A DNA stretch of 55,589 nt from an uncultured Candidatus Saccharibacteria bacterium (GCA_964646315.1 CAZYDN010000001.1:4650-60238); one strand, 5' to 3'. Numbered from the stretch's first letter, positions 27,219-37,924 are shown. The notes: a model not told the origin generated them from the letters alone. Made by a program: numbers and translations.

Positions 27219-30073
27219 TAAGAGACGGCTTGGTAATCTGCGTCCTTAGGAAGAGACGGCATAGTAAACTCAGGACTTAGCGAGACTCCTTCTCCATACG
27301 GAGCTACTTGAGGGAGAGAACCGTCCGGTGGAGCGAACACCATACGAACCGCTAGATACGGATTGCCAAGCGCATCAAAATCGCGCGCCACAAAGTACAC
27401 ATGGGTATCAGCTCCTGGAATTTTTGAAAGTCGGAGTGACTCTTCATAGGCACGTGAGAAACTATCCTCCGTATCTATGCCATGAGCAAACTTCAAGCCA
27501 TGATTTAAGAGCAGTTGTGGCTTGTTGAGATCTACGCCATGCGGGTTCAAAACAGAGGCAGCTCCTGGCTCTGCAAAAGCGTGAGAAGTACTTGATTCAG
27601 GTACCGCATGGACTACCGGGGCCGCTTCTGTTGGTGCTTGAGGAACTGCCTCTGGAGCATGCGTCTCAGGAGAAAGTGTCGTTTCAGGAGTAGCTGGTGA
27701 GGCAACCGCGGACGACTCTACTGAGCTGAGATCTTGAGGATGTTCAGAAAGATGAGGCGCCCCGAAAGGTCGCAGGACTTCATGATCCGGTTGATGCGTA
27801 CTTGCTATAACTTCTTCATGACTAACCGGCTCACTTGGATGTGCTGTTTGAAGACGATTAAGCATTGCTTCTCTATTGTCGGGCGCAGACACTGCGGAGG
27901 TGCTGTGTGTGTCGGGATGTGTTGCTGCTATAGATGTTCGCGTATGGGTCTCGAAGTGTCCTTCTTGCTCCGCAGCAGTGAGGTGATGAGGTGTACCAGA
28001 ACCTTGATGAAGCAATTCGACTGATTGTGATCCGTCCGCGTGAGGGGTGAATACAAGATTGCCCTTCGCATCAAATCCCAAGCTATCACCAGCCTTCATT
28101 ACATACGAGCCATTCTCTCCATTTATAAATCCAAACTCACGAGAAAGTTCGTCTCCACTATGAGCGTTCAAGATGTGACGAATACCAGGAGGCACAGAAG
28201 CTGCATTTGGATCTGGGTAGATTTCTTTGTAATGGTCGCGAAGCTCCACAAATAATTTATCCATTCCCTGCCCTGGCTCAATGGTTACTGAGTATGGTTC
28301 AGGGTGAGCAATGACCGGCTCTACGGTCTGCACAGGATTGTGCTCAGGTGTAGACGGTGCGGTTTCTACGGTAATATGCTCCTTTACTCCACTTGCAGTT
28401 GTATGCGAATGATCAGCAATTGAATCTGTAGATGTTTCGCTTGTTGCTCCTGAAGCGTGGTGGCCAAGGAAGAATCCCAGACCTACAGACGTAAGCATGC
28501 GAGCAACACGTCCCTGTCGTGCAATATTCTCCTTTACAACCAAAGCTTTCCTGCGCTCTTGCGAAAGGTGCTCCAAATTCTCTACTGAATCCAGATCTCC
28601 AAGACCCTCCTTCTTAGTCAGGAGTTCTGAAGCCTTTCTCTCAGTTCCTGCAATTTTGTGCCCGAACTGAATACCATAATCAGCCAATGCGCCCGCGGCT
28701 CCTGCGATACTTGCAATCGGCGCAACTCCATTCAGCCACTTTCGCACTTCTGGTTGCTTTACTTTCTCTGCCCAATAGCGCAAACCTGCTGAAGCTCCAA
28801 CCATACCAAGTGCGGCGAGTCCGATAGGACTTCCCGCAAGCACCGCAGTACCACCCAGGAGCACGGCGGAAGTACCGAAAATTCTGAGCGCCGACGGTAC
28901 TTTCTTATACCGTTCAAACATCAATTCCAGTGACTTCTTATCACGGGTTGAAAATCCTTCTGTCCTGACGGCTAGCTCCTCTTCTTCTTGTCCAGTAACC
29001 ACAGATTTAAGAGTAACCATCCGCTCATAGCGCTTTTGAATATCATGCTTCTCAGGATCATACGTCCCTTTAGCTTCCTGTTTTGCTTTCAAACGCTCCA
29101 ACATCGCTTCACGAGTTGCCGGCTTCTCTTTGAGACGAACCTCTATTGCTGCTCGCTGCGTAGCAGCATGCAGAGCGCGCTCATACACCCACGCATGACG
29201 CAGCTCTTTTAAAGCCTTAGGAGTGAGTAATTTATCTCCTACGAGACTTTCAGCAACAATTCCACCAAAGCCACGATTCTTTTGGTACGTTTTGAGCGCA
29301 TCGAAATATGCCTGTCTTGCAAGGCTTGATTTCTCTCCTTGCTCATCCATTTTTTTGGCTGACTCCTCTATAATTGCAGACCTAAGACGCCTCTTTCTCT
29401 CAAGAGGGGTGGCATCCGACGGTAAAGAACTGTCGGCACTAACTTGGGAGGGAGACTTCATTGGAGTAGTCCTGGCCTCTGCGCGCAATCTAGCCTCTTC
29501 CGTAGCCACTGCATCAGCATGCTCACGGAACACAGACTCACGAGCAACGAGACCCTTACTCGCATCAGTCGTGTTTAGTTCAAGAACAACACCCGCTTCT
29601 ATTTCGGCTTCGGGCGCAGGCTCTGCCCTATGCGCATCAGGGATTTTAGGTCGCTCTTGTTGGGCAATTGCTTCTGCATGTAAAGACAGAGCAGACACAC
29701 CTACTCGTTCTTCATCTGGCTTTTTTTTGATACCGCTCCCTAAATGAAAATCCGAGGGCTTGCCATTCTGCACCTCAATTTGCTCGCTCAAACTATAGTG
29801 GTCCTGACTCCACGCAGAAGAAGTGTTGATGTTCAAGGACGCAGACATTGAATCCGCTTCCTTTAGAGTAGCTTTGGCCTTCGTGTGTTCTTCTGCAATT
29901 GAAGTGCCCTCAGTGCTTGCTGGAGATTTTTTTACAGCATCACGAGCACGAGCCGCTTCTTGTGCAAGTGTTAGAGCGGGATTCTCGTGATCGGTATAGT
30001 CCACTCGAGAAGTTACCTTCTTCTTGTCTGGTGGCCATCCTCCTCCCGGTATTCCATTCTTTGGCATAAGCAA
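27218..30073 (-). CDS. large hypothetical membrane protein (951 aa)
   Basis: Long ORF with central TM helices (SALRIFGTSAVLLGGTAVLAGSPIGLAALGMVGASAGL...). The C-terminal half is low-complexity and His/Pro/Ser-rich. Its stop is 4 nt from the upstream ATPase gene. Confidence 0.6.
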   Translation of the reverse strand: MLMPKNGIPGGGWPPDKKKVTSRVDYTDHENPALTLAQEAARARDAVKKSPASTEGTSIAEEHTKAKATLKEADSMSASLNINTSSAWSQDHYSLSEQIEVQNGKPSDFHLGSGIKKKPDEERVGVSALSLHAEAIAQQERPKIPDAHRAEPAPEAEIEAGVVLELNTTDASKGLVARESVFREHADAVATEEARLRAEARTTPMKSPSQVSADSSLPSDATPLERKRRLRSAIIEESAKKMDEQGEKSSLARQAYFDALKTYQKNRGFGGIVAESLVGDKLLTPKALKELRHAWVYERALHAATQRAAIEVRLKEKPATREAMLERLKAKQEAKGTYDPEKHDIQKRYERMVTLKSVVTGQEEEELAVRTEGFSTRDKKSLELMFERYKKVPSALRIFGTSAVLLGGTAVLAGSPIGLAALGMVGASAGLRYWAEKVKQPEVRKWLNGVAPIASIAGAAGALADYGIQFGHKIAGTERKASELLTKKEGLGDLDSVENLEHLSQERRKALVVKENIARQGRVARMLTSVGLGFFLGHHASGATSETSTDSIADHSHTTASGVKEHITVETAPSTPEHNPVQTVEPVIAHPEPYSVTIEPGQGMDKLFVELRDHYKEIYPDPNAASVPPGIRHILNAHSGDELSREFGFINGENGSYVMKAGDSLGFDAKGNLVFTPHADGSQSVELLHQGSGTPHHLTAAEQEGHFETHTRTSIAATHPDTHSTSAVSAPDNREAMLNRLQTAHPSEPVSHEEVIASTHQPDHEVLRPFGAPHLSEHPQDLSSVESSAVASPATPETTLSPETHAPEAVPQAPTEAAPVVHAVPESSTSHAFAEPGAASVLNPHGVDLNKPQLLLNHGLKFAHGIDTEDSFSRAYEESLRLSKIPGADTHVYFVARDFDALGNPYLAVRMVFAPPDGSLPQVAPYGEGVSLSPEFTMPSLPKDADYQAVS

Positions 30074-30077
30074 ATAA

Positions 30078-32819
30078 TTACGATAAATAACGCGCTCTAA
30101 TACTTCCTTCTACGGTACCACGATCCCGGCCGTACGTGAGGAACGAAAGTTGACGAAGGTCCTCTACTTGGTCGAGTGTGCCAGGTGAAAGATCGAGTGT
30201 CTTCATGTTGAATGGTTTTTGCGGAACACCTCCCGCAAGCAAACGCACATAGGCATTACGGTTTTCGATATTTACAAAGTCGAGTGCAGTAAACACAGGC
30301 GCAAATTGCTTAGCAAAGAACTCTCCATCTTCTTCTCCCACACGGAACACTGCCATCGAGCCCACGTTGCCAAATACAGCACTACGGATTTTCTCGTCAA
30401 CCTGCGCTAGGAACTGGTGTGCAATAGTGAGCGAGAGTTTGTATTTGCGCGCTTCAGACAAAATACTCGGAATGGAATCCGTCGTTATATTCTGGAATTC
30501 GTCGATATACATATAGAACGGCGCAAAGTTTGCTCCCGGCGTGTCTGCACGTGAAAGTGCCGCCATAAATATTTTGCCAACCAAAATAAGTCCAAGCAGG
30601 TTGGCATTTCGCTCTCCCAGTCTTCCCTTTGATAAATTCACCAAAAGAATCTTTTTGTTATCCATGATGTCGCGGAAGTTGAACGACGAGTGCTGCTGCC
30701 CAATGATTGGCCGCATGAAATCGTTTGCCGTGAAGTCATCAAACTTGTTGGTAATATACGGGACGATATTTTGTAGTGAAGCTTCTCCTTCCGCCTTCGT
30801 CGCAATTTCGTTCCAGAACTGATTGACGATTGGATTATTACTTCTCGAGAGCTTGAGGTTTCTGAACTCCGCATTTGAGAGCACTCGCCCAATATCCATG
30901 AGCGTTGAGCCGGATTCCGGGTCTTCCATCACCAGGAGCGCCGCGTTGCGGAAGTACTGCTCGAATGCTGGCCCCATACTCTCCGGAACGTCTCCATAGA
31001 GTCTACGGAAAATCGCAAGAAGCTCGTTTACAATAAACGTCTTTTGCTCGGGGTGTGCGGGATCGTATTCAAGAAGATTGAGTCCGAAGGGGCGATCGAG
31101 ATACGCCGGATCAAAATAGATAACGTCTTCGTAGCGTTCCGGAGGAATACTCGCGAGTACGTCGATGATGTCGTTGCCGTGCGGATCAATAAAGCACACA
31201 CCATTGCCCGCTTTTATATCTGCCTCGATAAGCGTTTTAAGAAAACCTGTTTTACCTGTTCCTGTCTGTCCAATAACGTAGAGGTGGCGAAGACGGTCTT
31301 CCAAAGAAATACGCACTTCAGTTGTTTGGCCACGATACGTGTTAGTGCCAATAAGCATGCCGTCTCTGGGTAGTCCGATAGGAGCTGCTCCGCCTGACGA
31401 GCGGGATTGCTTTAGATGCGGGGACGATGCAATACCTTCTGGCGGGAAGTGATAGAGCGTGGTGAGCTCACGCAGTGAGAGCGGCATACTACCTATTTTT
31501 TCATACAGACGGAAGGTAAAGTCCTTGAAAAAACGCTTGAGAGCACCCTTGCCTGGACGGCGGAATTCTATGCGGTTACCTTTGGTATTTTCAAACTGAT
31601 GAAAAGGAGCTTCGAGCTCCGAAAGAAGTTGCTCTGCTCGGTGAGCGTCCATGGAAGAAGCCACGATACGAATGTTCGTAGATACAATAGGAGCGGCGGT
31701 TTTCTTTTCTACCTGCTCAATAGCAGTCTCATCTGTAGGCTGACGCTCATCATGTCGCTTGGCGGTAGAAAATAGCCCCACAGCTTCTCGCGCAAAGTCC
31801 CCCACGAATGTCTCAGGCAGGGTAAACGCCCGTGAACGATGCTCTCCTTTTCGTAGCTCATGAAGTACCCGTCGGTAGTAGTTCATGTAATGGTTACCCT
31901 GTGGCTTAAATACAATTTGGAGAGATGCTCCCTCATCTTCCGGAGCAATTTTTGCAAAGGCGTTCAACAATGAATTGAGTGGATCGTAGTCAAAGTCTTG
32001 ATAATCCTTTAGCGGGAGCATGGGCTTATCTTTGAGTGTGGCAGTAGCTCCAACTGCACTCCCTCCATCTACAAACACATTGTAGTCGTTTGGTTGCACC
32101 GTGAGCACAGCATCAGGAAAGATTGCATGGAGCTGCTTTTCAAACAGATCTGCTCTTGAGTTTGGTACCGAAGCGTAGAACATAAGATGCGAGCGATCCA
32201 CAGGCACCGAAAGCTCGAGCGTCATGTACGACGGCTCTCCCGAACGCACAGATTCGATGGAAAGCATGCCGGAATAAAACTGCTCCATAGCAGATACCAA
32301 TTCTCGCAAAGGGCGGTTTCGGTTTTGCTCCCCTTCTCCCTTATGCTCAGGAAGTGAAATCTCGTAGAGCGTCATGTGGAGCGCCTTCCATTCGGGCTGA
32401 TTCTCTGACATTCCCTGAATAGGCATGCCCGCAAGTAAATACTGCACTAAAAAGCGATGGAAATCGTCGTCGAGGTGCGGACTCGCCACCTTGTCCAAGA
32501 CCGCAAACGCATTCCGAATACCTTTTTCCTCCATGATGCCCTGAAGTTCACTCATGGTTTCGTCAGTACTCGTCGGGTCCAAATTGAGGGAAAGTTTTGC
32601 CGCGGTATCGTGGGCCTCTGTATGACTAATTGCATACTCTTTTGCAAAAGCATGATCGGGTGTGACATGGCGATGCTGCACAATACTGTCGCGTGCAATC
32701 TCGGTGATTGGTCGTTCTTGCTTAAGGGATGCGAGCTCTGCTTCCTTCGCCGCTATTTGGGCGCGCAGAAAAGCCAACTCGTCTTCCGGTGACGCTATGG
32801 GTGTACGGGGGCCCTCCAT
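30078..32819 (-). CDS. VirD4/TraD/HerA-like P-loop ATPase (type IV secretion coupling-protein-like)
   Basis: 913 aa with Walker A GQTGTGKTGF and a Walker B-like YMYIDEFQNI. The C-terminal region is TraD/TraG-like. Confidence 0.7.
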   Translation of the reverse strand: MEGPRTPIASPEDELAFLRAQIAAKEAELASLKQERPITEIARDSIVQHRHVTPDHAFAKEYAISHTEAHDTAAKLSLNLDPTSTDETMSELQGIMEEKGIRNAFAVLDKVASPHLDDDFHRFLVQYLLAGMPIQGMSENQPEWKALHMTLYEISLPEHKGEGEQNRNRPLRELVSAMEQFYSGMLSIESVRSGEPSYMTLELSVPVDRSHLMFYASVPNSRADLFEKQLHAIFPDAVLTVQPNDYNVFVDGGSAVGATATLKDKPMLPLKDYQDFDYDPLNSLLNAFAKIAPEDEGASLQIVFKPQGNHYMNYYRRVLHELRKGEHRSRAFTLPETFVGDFAREAVGLFSTAKRHDERQPTDETAIEQVEKKTAAPIVSTNIRIVASSMDAHRAEQLLSELEAPFHQFENTKGNRIEFRRPGKGALKRFFKDFTFRLYEKIGSMPLSLRELTTLYHFPPEGIASSPHLKQSRSSGGAAPIGLPRDGMLIGTNTYRGQTTEVRISLEDRLRHLYVIGQTGTGKTGFLKTLIEADIKAGNGVCFIDPHGNDIIDVLASIPPERYEDVIYFDPAYLDRPFGLNLLEYDPAHPEQKTFIVNELLAIFRRLYGDVPESMGPAFEQYFRNAALLVMEDPESGSTLMDIGRVLSNAEFRNLKLSRSNNPIVNQFWNEIATKAEGEASLQNIVPYITNKFDDFTANDFMRPIIGQQHSSFNFRDIMDNKKILLVNLSKGRLGERNANLLGLILVGKIFMAALSRADTPGANFAPFYMYIDEFQNITTDSIPSILSEARKYKLSLTIAHQFLAQVDEKIRSAVFGNVGSMAVFRVGEEDGEFFAKQFAPVFTALDFVNIENRNAYVRLLAGGVPQKPFNMKTLDLSPGTLDQVEDLRQLSFLTYGRDRGTVEGSIRARYLS

Positions 32820-32921
32820 AGTCCTTATTATACGTCATGAGTCCTGAAACAGGGGATGCTTACCTTGAATAAGAAAAGAGTCGGCAAACATGCCGACTCT
32901 TTTCTACTCTTTAGTGCCCCA

Positions 32922-33257
32922 TTAGGACTTTCGAATAATGAAATGGAAGAACCCATTCACCAGCGAAAGCACGAGAGCAAATAGTAGCGCTATCCAGAAA
33001 CCTCCAAGGGAGAAATCTGGGATAAGGAGATCTGCAAGCATCACCAGAAGCGCATTAATGACGAGTGAGAACAGTCCCAAGGTAAGGATAGTTACTGGGA
33101 GCGTCAAAATAGTAATAATGGGTTTCAAGAAGATGTTGAAGACGCCAAGCACAACCGCAAGTACAATAGCGCCCAAAAGAGTCACATGTACTCCCGGCAC
33201 CAGGTACGCAGCAATGAGAATAGCGACAACAGAAACAATCCAATGAATAATGGTCAT
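32922..33257 (-). CDS. phage holin family 4 (YvlD-like) membrane protein
   Basis: 111 aa with four TM helices. ILTLPVTILTLGLFSLVINALLVMLADLL matches the Phage_holin_4_2 pattern. Confidence 0.65.
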   Translation of the reverse strand: MTIIHWIVSVVAILIAAYLVPGVHVTLLGAIVLAVVLGVFNIFLKPIITILTLPVTILTLGLFSLVINALLVMLADLLIPDFSLGGFWIALLFALVLSLVNGFFHFIIRKS

Positions 33258-33309
33258 GCGTAATACAAGCTATGAATAAGGTCGTCTCTCCCGAAATAGT
33301 ACCGGGTAA

Positions 33310-33996
33310 CTATGGACGAACAAAGGTGAAGGATTGAATAACTCGATCAAGATCTTCGTATGCCTTGTCTAAGGTAGCATCGGATATGTCACTGCTGCTT
33401 GGCGCATCCTCTCGGTAGCTTGAGCCCACGGCAATTTTTTCGAGCGCAATACACTGTCCGTCATGCATAGTGCGGTACGATACGCCTTTTACGTATTGCT
33501 GCATACCGGCGTTTTGGAAGGCAAATGCTTTCCAAGTCACGCCACCAATTTCAGCGTCAGGGAGCACTGTTTCCCCTTGGTCGGGAGTAATTTTCAAACA
33601 CTGAGCAATTTCTCGCTTGTCGGAACTTGCAGACACTCGGACGAGAGCGGAAAAGTAACGAGGATAGGTATTCTCACTTTTTGTGGAATACATTACAAAG
33701 GAAACAATAGGCGTACCAGTCGCGTTAGGAACCGCATTTGCTCTCCACGTAGGCGCTAGATGGTAATAGGAAGAGGAGAAATTATTTTCAACTATTGTGG
33801 ATTCCGGGTACTGAACAACGAAACCAAACGTGCCATTAGTATAAATTGCATCTCCCGCTTGGACGGTTCCTGTTGAGGTTGCAGTGTTAGTTAATGGAGC
33901 AATGGCTGCTTGCCTAGAATGAACCAGGTACCATGCAACTCCCCCAGCAATAGCAAAAAGACCCAAAATGAAAGCAAGTATGGCAAGACGATTCAT
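33310..33996 (-). CDS. hypothetical secreted/anchored protein
   Basis: 228 aa with an N-terminal TM or signal helix. Confidence 0.55.
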   Translation of the reverse strand: MNRLAILAFILGLFAIAGGVAWYLVHSRQAAIAPLTNTATSTGTVQAGDAIYTNGTFGFVVQYPESTIVENNFSSSYYHLAPTWRANAVPNATGTPIVSFVMYSTKSENTYPRYFSALVRVSASSDKREIAQCLKITPDQGETVLPDAEIGGVTWKAFAFQNAGMQQYVKGVSYRTMHDGQCIALEKIAVGSSYREDAPSSSDISDATLDKAYEDLDRVIQSFTFVRP

Positions 33997-34062
33997 AGTA
34001 TGTAGTATACCGGGAGTAGGTAATCCTCACAGCATCTATGAGACGTACAACAGTGATTTTTC

Positions 34063-35631
34063 TTACAGAACCTTTCGTAACTGCCGCTCTACATAGTCTC
34101 GCGGAAGCACGGAGAGAAACCATCCGGCCTTCGGTCCCGAATCGCGATTAAGAAACACTCGATACAACGCAGAAAATAACTCGCGGGGAGCGATAGGCGC
34201 TTCGGTTTTGAGCTCATGGAGGCGCTGATGGAGCGCTTCGCCGTCACGCGCAGCTTCTGCGACATAGTCTGCCAAGAGTGAGAGAGCGTGTTTCTGCTCA
34301 TCTGTAAGTACTAGTCCCTCTGGCACACTCTCCTGCAAACGATACAAATACTGCTCCGGTGCGTACGTTGAAAGCCAGTAGAGTGCGTATGTCTCACGCT
34401 CCTCAAGGAGGCGCACTTCCTCAGACGTAAGACTGCTTCCCTTTATTTTTTCTGCTTCCTCGAGTGTTTGTATGTGTGGCATTTGTGCCATAAAAGCCAC
34501 CTGAGAAAAGCGCAGTTGCCACGGCGCGTCTGTTCCTGCTCGCTCGCTTGGAAGTTTGGTATAGGCATAAAGACGGGTGAAATCGTCAGCGACACCTGAA
34601 CGAACCAGCTCGCCCAAGTCGTCGTGCCAATCATAGAGACGCGGAACAGACTCCCCTTCTGGATCTACATCCACCTGTTGATTTATATCTTTACCAATGA
34701 GCGCCAAACGAAACACTTGTGGCGGAAGCAGGTCGCTCATATCTTTTGCAGAAGAACCCCGTCCTTTTGACGAAGACATTTTCTTTCCTCCTACGAGGAA
34801 AAATTCGTAGGGAATATCAAAGGGAGGTTCGTAGTTGTAGAGCTCCCGCGCAATATGCGCTGCCGTATCACGGGAACCACCCTTAGTGCAGTGATCCTTC
34901 CCCGCTCCTTCAACATCAACCTGCTGCACTACCCACTTAGCAGCCCAGTCCACCTTCCAAAAAAGCTTTACTGCTCCCTTCCACGGCGCTACGCGCCCCA
35001 CGTGTCCACATGGCACAGTTTCGTCTGGCCCTTTGTCGCAGGTGTAGCCCACCGTCTCTCCATCAAAGTCATATGCACGCGTGGTCATCATTTTTCCACA
35101 CTTCTCACATACCACTGATATAGGGAGCCACGACTCATCCTTTACTGATCCTGAAACTTCTTTCAAGATACGCCGCACATCGCTCGCATGAGTGAGCGCA
35201 ATACGGATACACTCGTCCATCTGGCCAGATTGGTAGAGTTCGGTCGCGCGGTAGTAGTTGGGAGTGAATCCAGCCTTCTGATGCACGCCAATAAATTCAG
35301 CCGCAAAATATTCTGCATAGTTGTCATACCCCTCCTCAGGCGACGGTACGGTGTAGAGAGGCTTTCCAAGATGCTCCGTATAACGAGCCGCATCCAGGTA
35401 TCCCGGAATACTATCGAACGGGTCAAAATCGTTGAGCTCGTAACGATATTCGTTTTGCACTCCTAGCTCAGACAAAGCTTCTGATACGAGCCCGTGTATA
35501 GCAACTCCTCGCATTGAACCCACATGCACGCGGCCAGACATAGTTTTCTCGTCACGTATTAAAAAAGACGTACCGTTGCGCGGAGTTCGGGTACTTTGTA
35601 TTTCTTTGGCTTTGCTGTCTGCCCAAAACAT
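34063..35631 (-). CDS. lysS: lysine--tRNA ligase, class I
   Basis: 522 aa with HIGH-like HVGSMRG and KMSKS-like KMSSSKG. The architecture is class I LysRS, not the usual bacterial class II. Confidence 0.85.
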   Translation of the reverse strand: MFWADSKAKEIQSTRTPRNGTSFLIRDEKTMSGRVHVGSMRGVAIHGLVSEALSELGVQNEYRYELNDFDPFDSIPGYLDAARYTEHLGKPLYTVPSPEEGYDNYAEYFAAEFIGVHQKAGFTPNYYRATELYQSGQMDECIRIALTHASDVRRILKEVSGSVKDESWLPISVVCEKCGKMMTTRAYDFDGETVGYTCDKGPDETVPCGHVGRVAPWKGAVKLFWKVDWAAKWVVQQVDVEGAGKDHCTKGGSRDTAAHIARELYNYEPPFDIPYEFFLVGGKKMSSSKGRGSSAKDMSDLLPPQVFRLALIGKDINQQVDVDPEGESVPRLYDWHDDLGELVRSGVADDFTRLYAYTKLPSERAGTDAPWQLRFSQVAFMAQMPHIQTLEEAEKIKGSSLTSEEVRLLEERETYALYWLSTYAPEQYLYRLQESVPEGLVLTDEQKHALSLLADYVAEAARDGEALHQRLHELKTEAPIAPRELFSALYRVFLNRDSGPKAGWFLSVLPRDYVERQLRKVL

Positions 35632-35680
35632 GTTGCCATCCTACCACGAGCAGGCAAAGTGCCTACCGTAGGACGCCAGC

Positions 35681-36748
35681 CTATCGCAGGTCGATATTCT
35701 GAACGCCGGGAGCGGTCACGGGGGCAATGGCCTCACTCGTAGAGGTAGCCTCGAGCGGCACGGATGGCTTTTCTGTGTTGCGATAATTCAAAATTCTTGA
35801 GAAGAAACTCTTACCAAGCGCAGGAGTAGTCGACGCGGTAGAGGAAGCGGTAGTGGTAGCTGCCTTAGAAGCGCTGGTGACCGAGGCTCCAGCCAAGAGC
35901 GTACGAGGCGCCGTATTCTGAACGGTCACAGTGCTAGTTGTTTCGGTTTTAGTATCAAGGGCGATGGTCTCCTGCGGAGAGACAATAGTTACCTCAACAC
36001 GATCACGTCCCTCGTTTAAGAAAGCAATTTTGCGGACCACGACACTTTGGAAATCAGACGAGGGTTCGGGTTGAGGCTCTTCTGTGGGAGCGGACAACGT
36101 AGCCATCATCGCGTCACCCTTCATCATACGAGTAGATGCAGCTGGGCTAGATGGTTCACTTGCGAGCGCAAGCGTGTCCTTTGGCACGTACGCGTTTAGA
36201 CCGAGCACGAGTTCAGAACGAATAGCGAGTGAAGCGGAAACGTCTCCGGAGGTTTCAAGCTTGTCTGCTTCCGCTACGGCCATGTCTGCTTCCTGTGAAA
36301 ATCGATTCGAGAGATCGTCAGCAACAGCATCGGTGAGCGTACCGCGCTTTTGCAGAATCTCTGCTTCTTCAACTCGGCGCACCGCAAGCTTCGCATGAAG
36401 TCGTGCCTGCGCCTCGTCTGAACCTGCAAATGCTGCAAGCACAGGCTCATTAACATGAACCTTTACCGCATAGAGTGGGTCACCTGGAGCCGCCTTTTCT
36501 GCAGCAAACGTCGCCGTACCACTACCGGCCACAAGTATAAGTGTGGCAAAAGCACCAGCCATAAGCGGTCGTGAACGCAGGAAAAAAGTACTCAAAAAGG
36601 AGAGACTATGGAATTGAGCACTCGCTGAGGCAGGCATAGTATGAACGTCTACGTATGCCATGAGCTCATTGCGCAGGTGCACTCGAGCAGACCGCGTGAG
36701 GCGGAGTCCCTTTAAGCCCTGTATGAAATCTTTTTCGTTGTTAATCAT
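35681..36748 (-). CDS. membrane-anchored protein co-transcribed with ECF sigma (anti-sigma/DUF5667-like)
   Basis: The start ATG overlaps the sigma gene stop (ATGATTAA). One TM helix, then a helical domain and a Ser/Thr/Ala-rich tail. Confidence 0.55.
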   Translation of the reverse strand: MINNEKDFIQGLKGLRLTRSARVHLRNELMAYVDVHTMPASASAQFHSLSFLSTFFLRSRPLMAGAFATLILVAGSGTATFAAEKAAPGDPLYAVKVHVNEPVLAAFAGSDEAQARLHAKLAVRRVEEAEILQKRGTLTDAVADDLSNRFSQEADMAVAEADKLETSGDVSASLAIRSELVLGLNAYVPKDTLALASEPSSPAASTRMMKGDAMMATLSAPTEEPQPEPSSDFQSVVVRKIAFLNEGRDRVEVTIVSPQETIALDTKTETTSTVTVQNTAPRTLLAGASVTSASKAATTTASSTASTTPALGKSFFSRILNYRNTEKPSVPLEATSTSEAIAPVTAPGVQNIDLR

Positions 36749-37247
36749 ATGCGTGTAGTTGTTCACGAACCCGGGCAAGAGCACGACTAATGCGAACTGA
36801 GATAGCGTTTGGTGTCTCACCCCTAAGTGCGGCAATCTCGCTCGGCGAGAAGCCTTCCACAAAGCGAAGCAAGAGCGCCTCACGCGACGGTTCGTCGAGC
36901 GTATGAATCACCTTCAACACTTCTTGTGTTTGAGCATGTTCAAGAATCGGTACGTCGTCGGTACCTCTCGCTTCGAACCCTTCATCAGTAAGAGCATCCA
37001 GTGAGGATTCCTTCTTTTTGCGATACCAGTCAATAATGAGATTTCGAGCAATGGTATAGAGGAGGGCGCGATCGTTTTGAAGGACCGTTCCTGCTCTCAA
37101 AGCCTGCCAAAATCGCATGAAGACCTCCTGGGTAATGTCATTTGCTCGCTCTCGATCGCTTACTTTCACGAGGGCAAAGCGGAATATGGCATCCGCATGG
37201 GTATCGTAGATTTGAAGGAAGTAGTCTTTTGCCTCGTCTTGGTCCAT
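36741..37247 (-). CDS. ECF-type RNA polymerase sigma-70 family factor
   Basis: Region 2 (DITQEVFMRFW) and region 4 (EIAALRGETPNAISVRISRA). Start taken at MDQDEAKDYF. Confidence 0.8.
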   Translation of the reverse strand: MDQDEAKDYFLQIYDTHADAIFRFALVKVSDRERANDITQEVFMRFWQALRAGTVLQNDRALLYTIARNLIIDWYRKKKESSLDALTDEGFEARGTDDVPILEHAQTQEVLKVIHTLDEPSREALLLRFVEGFSPSEIAALRGETPNAISVRISRALARVREQLHAYD

Positions 37248-37411
37248 ATGGTATGACGTACCACCCATACCTATTCTTTCTGCCCTGGGGCGCAAATAGA
37301 TGTGTGCAGTCTCTCTATCGTGCCACAGGAGAGCTATGGATGCCATGTGTAGAGTACGAACAGCGCGCTCCTTGCGGAGCGCGCTGTTTTTACTTACGTA
37401 CCCAACGTGGG

Positions 37412-37903
37412 TTAGCGAGACTTCTTAGTTGCCTTCTTTACGGCCGTAACAGCCTTCTTCACTACCTTCTTTACCTCTTTCTTTGCAACCTTAGGATGCG
37501 TAGCGGTCTTCACTGCCTTTTTAACAGCAGCTGATGGCTCCATCTCCTTCTGAAGCATCGTCCAGTTCTTCTTGAGTTCGCGAACAGCTAATTCTACGTC
37601 AGTATCAGCCACACCCTTCATGCCGCGGTATGCACTCGCTGCCTGTTCAATAGCAGCAGCGACGGTCTTAGCGTCAACCTTCTCAAGTTTTTTCATCTGC
37701 TTCATCGCGTCACGCTTGAGTCCTTTTGCCCAGACACTTGCTGCATGACGATGCTTGCTTGCGTTCTTCGTACCATAGAAATAGTATCCAGCTGCGCCAG
37801 CTGCTGCGATGGTTGCGAGTACGCCTGCGCCAATCTCAGCGGCCTCAAGCGCGCTCATCCCCTTCTTTTTGCTTGCTACCTTTTTTGTGGTCTTCGTTGC
37901 CAT
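37412..37903 (-). CDS. Lys/Ala-rich hypothetical protein with one TM helix
   Basis: 163-aa ORF. The terminator hairpin CAGCGCGCTCC-GCAA-GGAGCGCGCTG (37363-37388) lies downstream. Confidence 0.5.
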   Translation of the reverse strand: MATKTTKKVASKKKGMSALEAAEIGAGVLATIAAAGAAGYYFYGTKNASKHRHAASVWAKGLKRDAMKQMKKLEKVDAKTVAAAIEQAASAYRGMKGVADTDVELAVRELKKNWTMLQKEMEPSAAVKKAVKTATHPKVAKKEVKKVVKKAVTAVKKATKKSR

Positions 37904-37924
37904 GGAAATTGTAATAATTGATTG

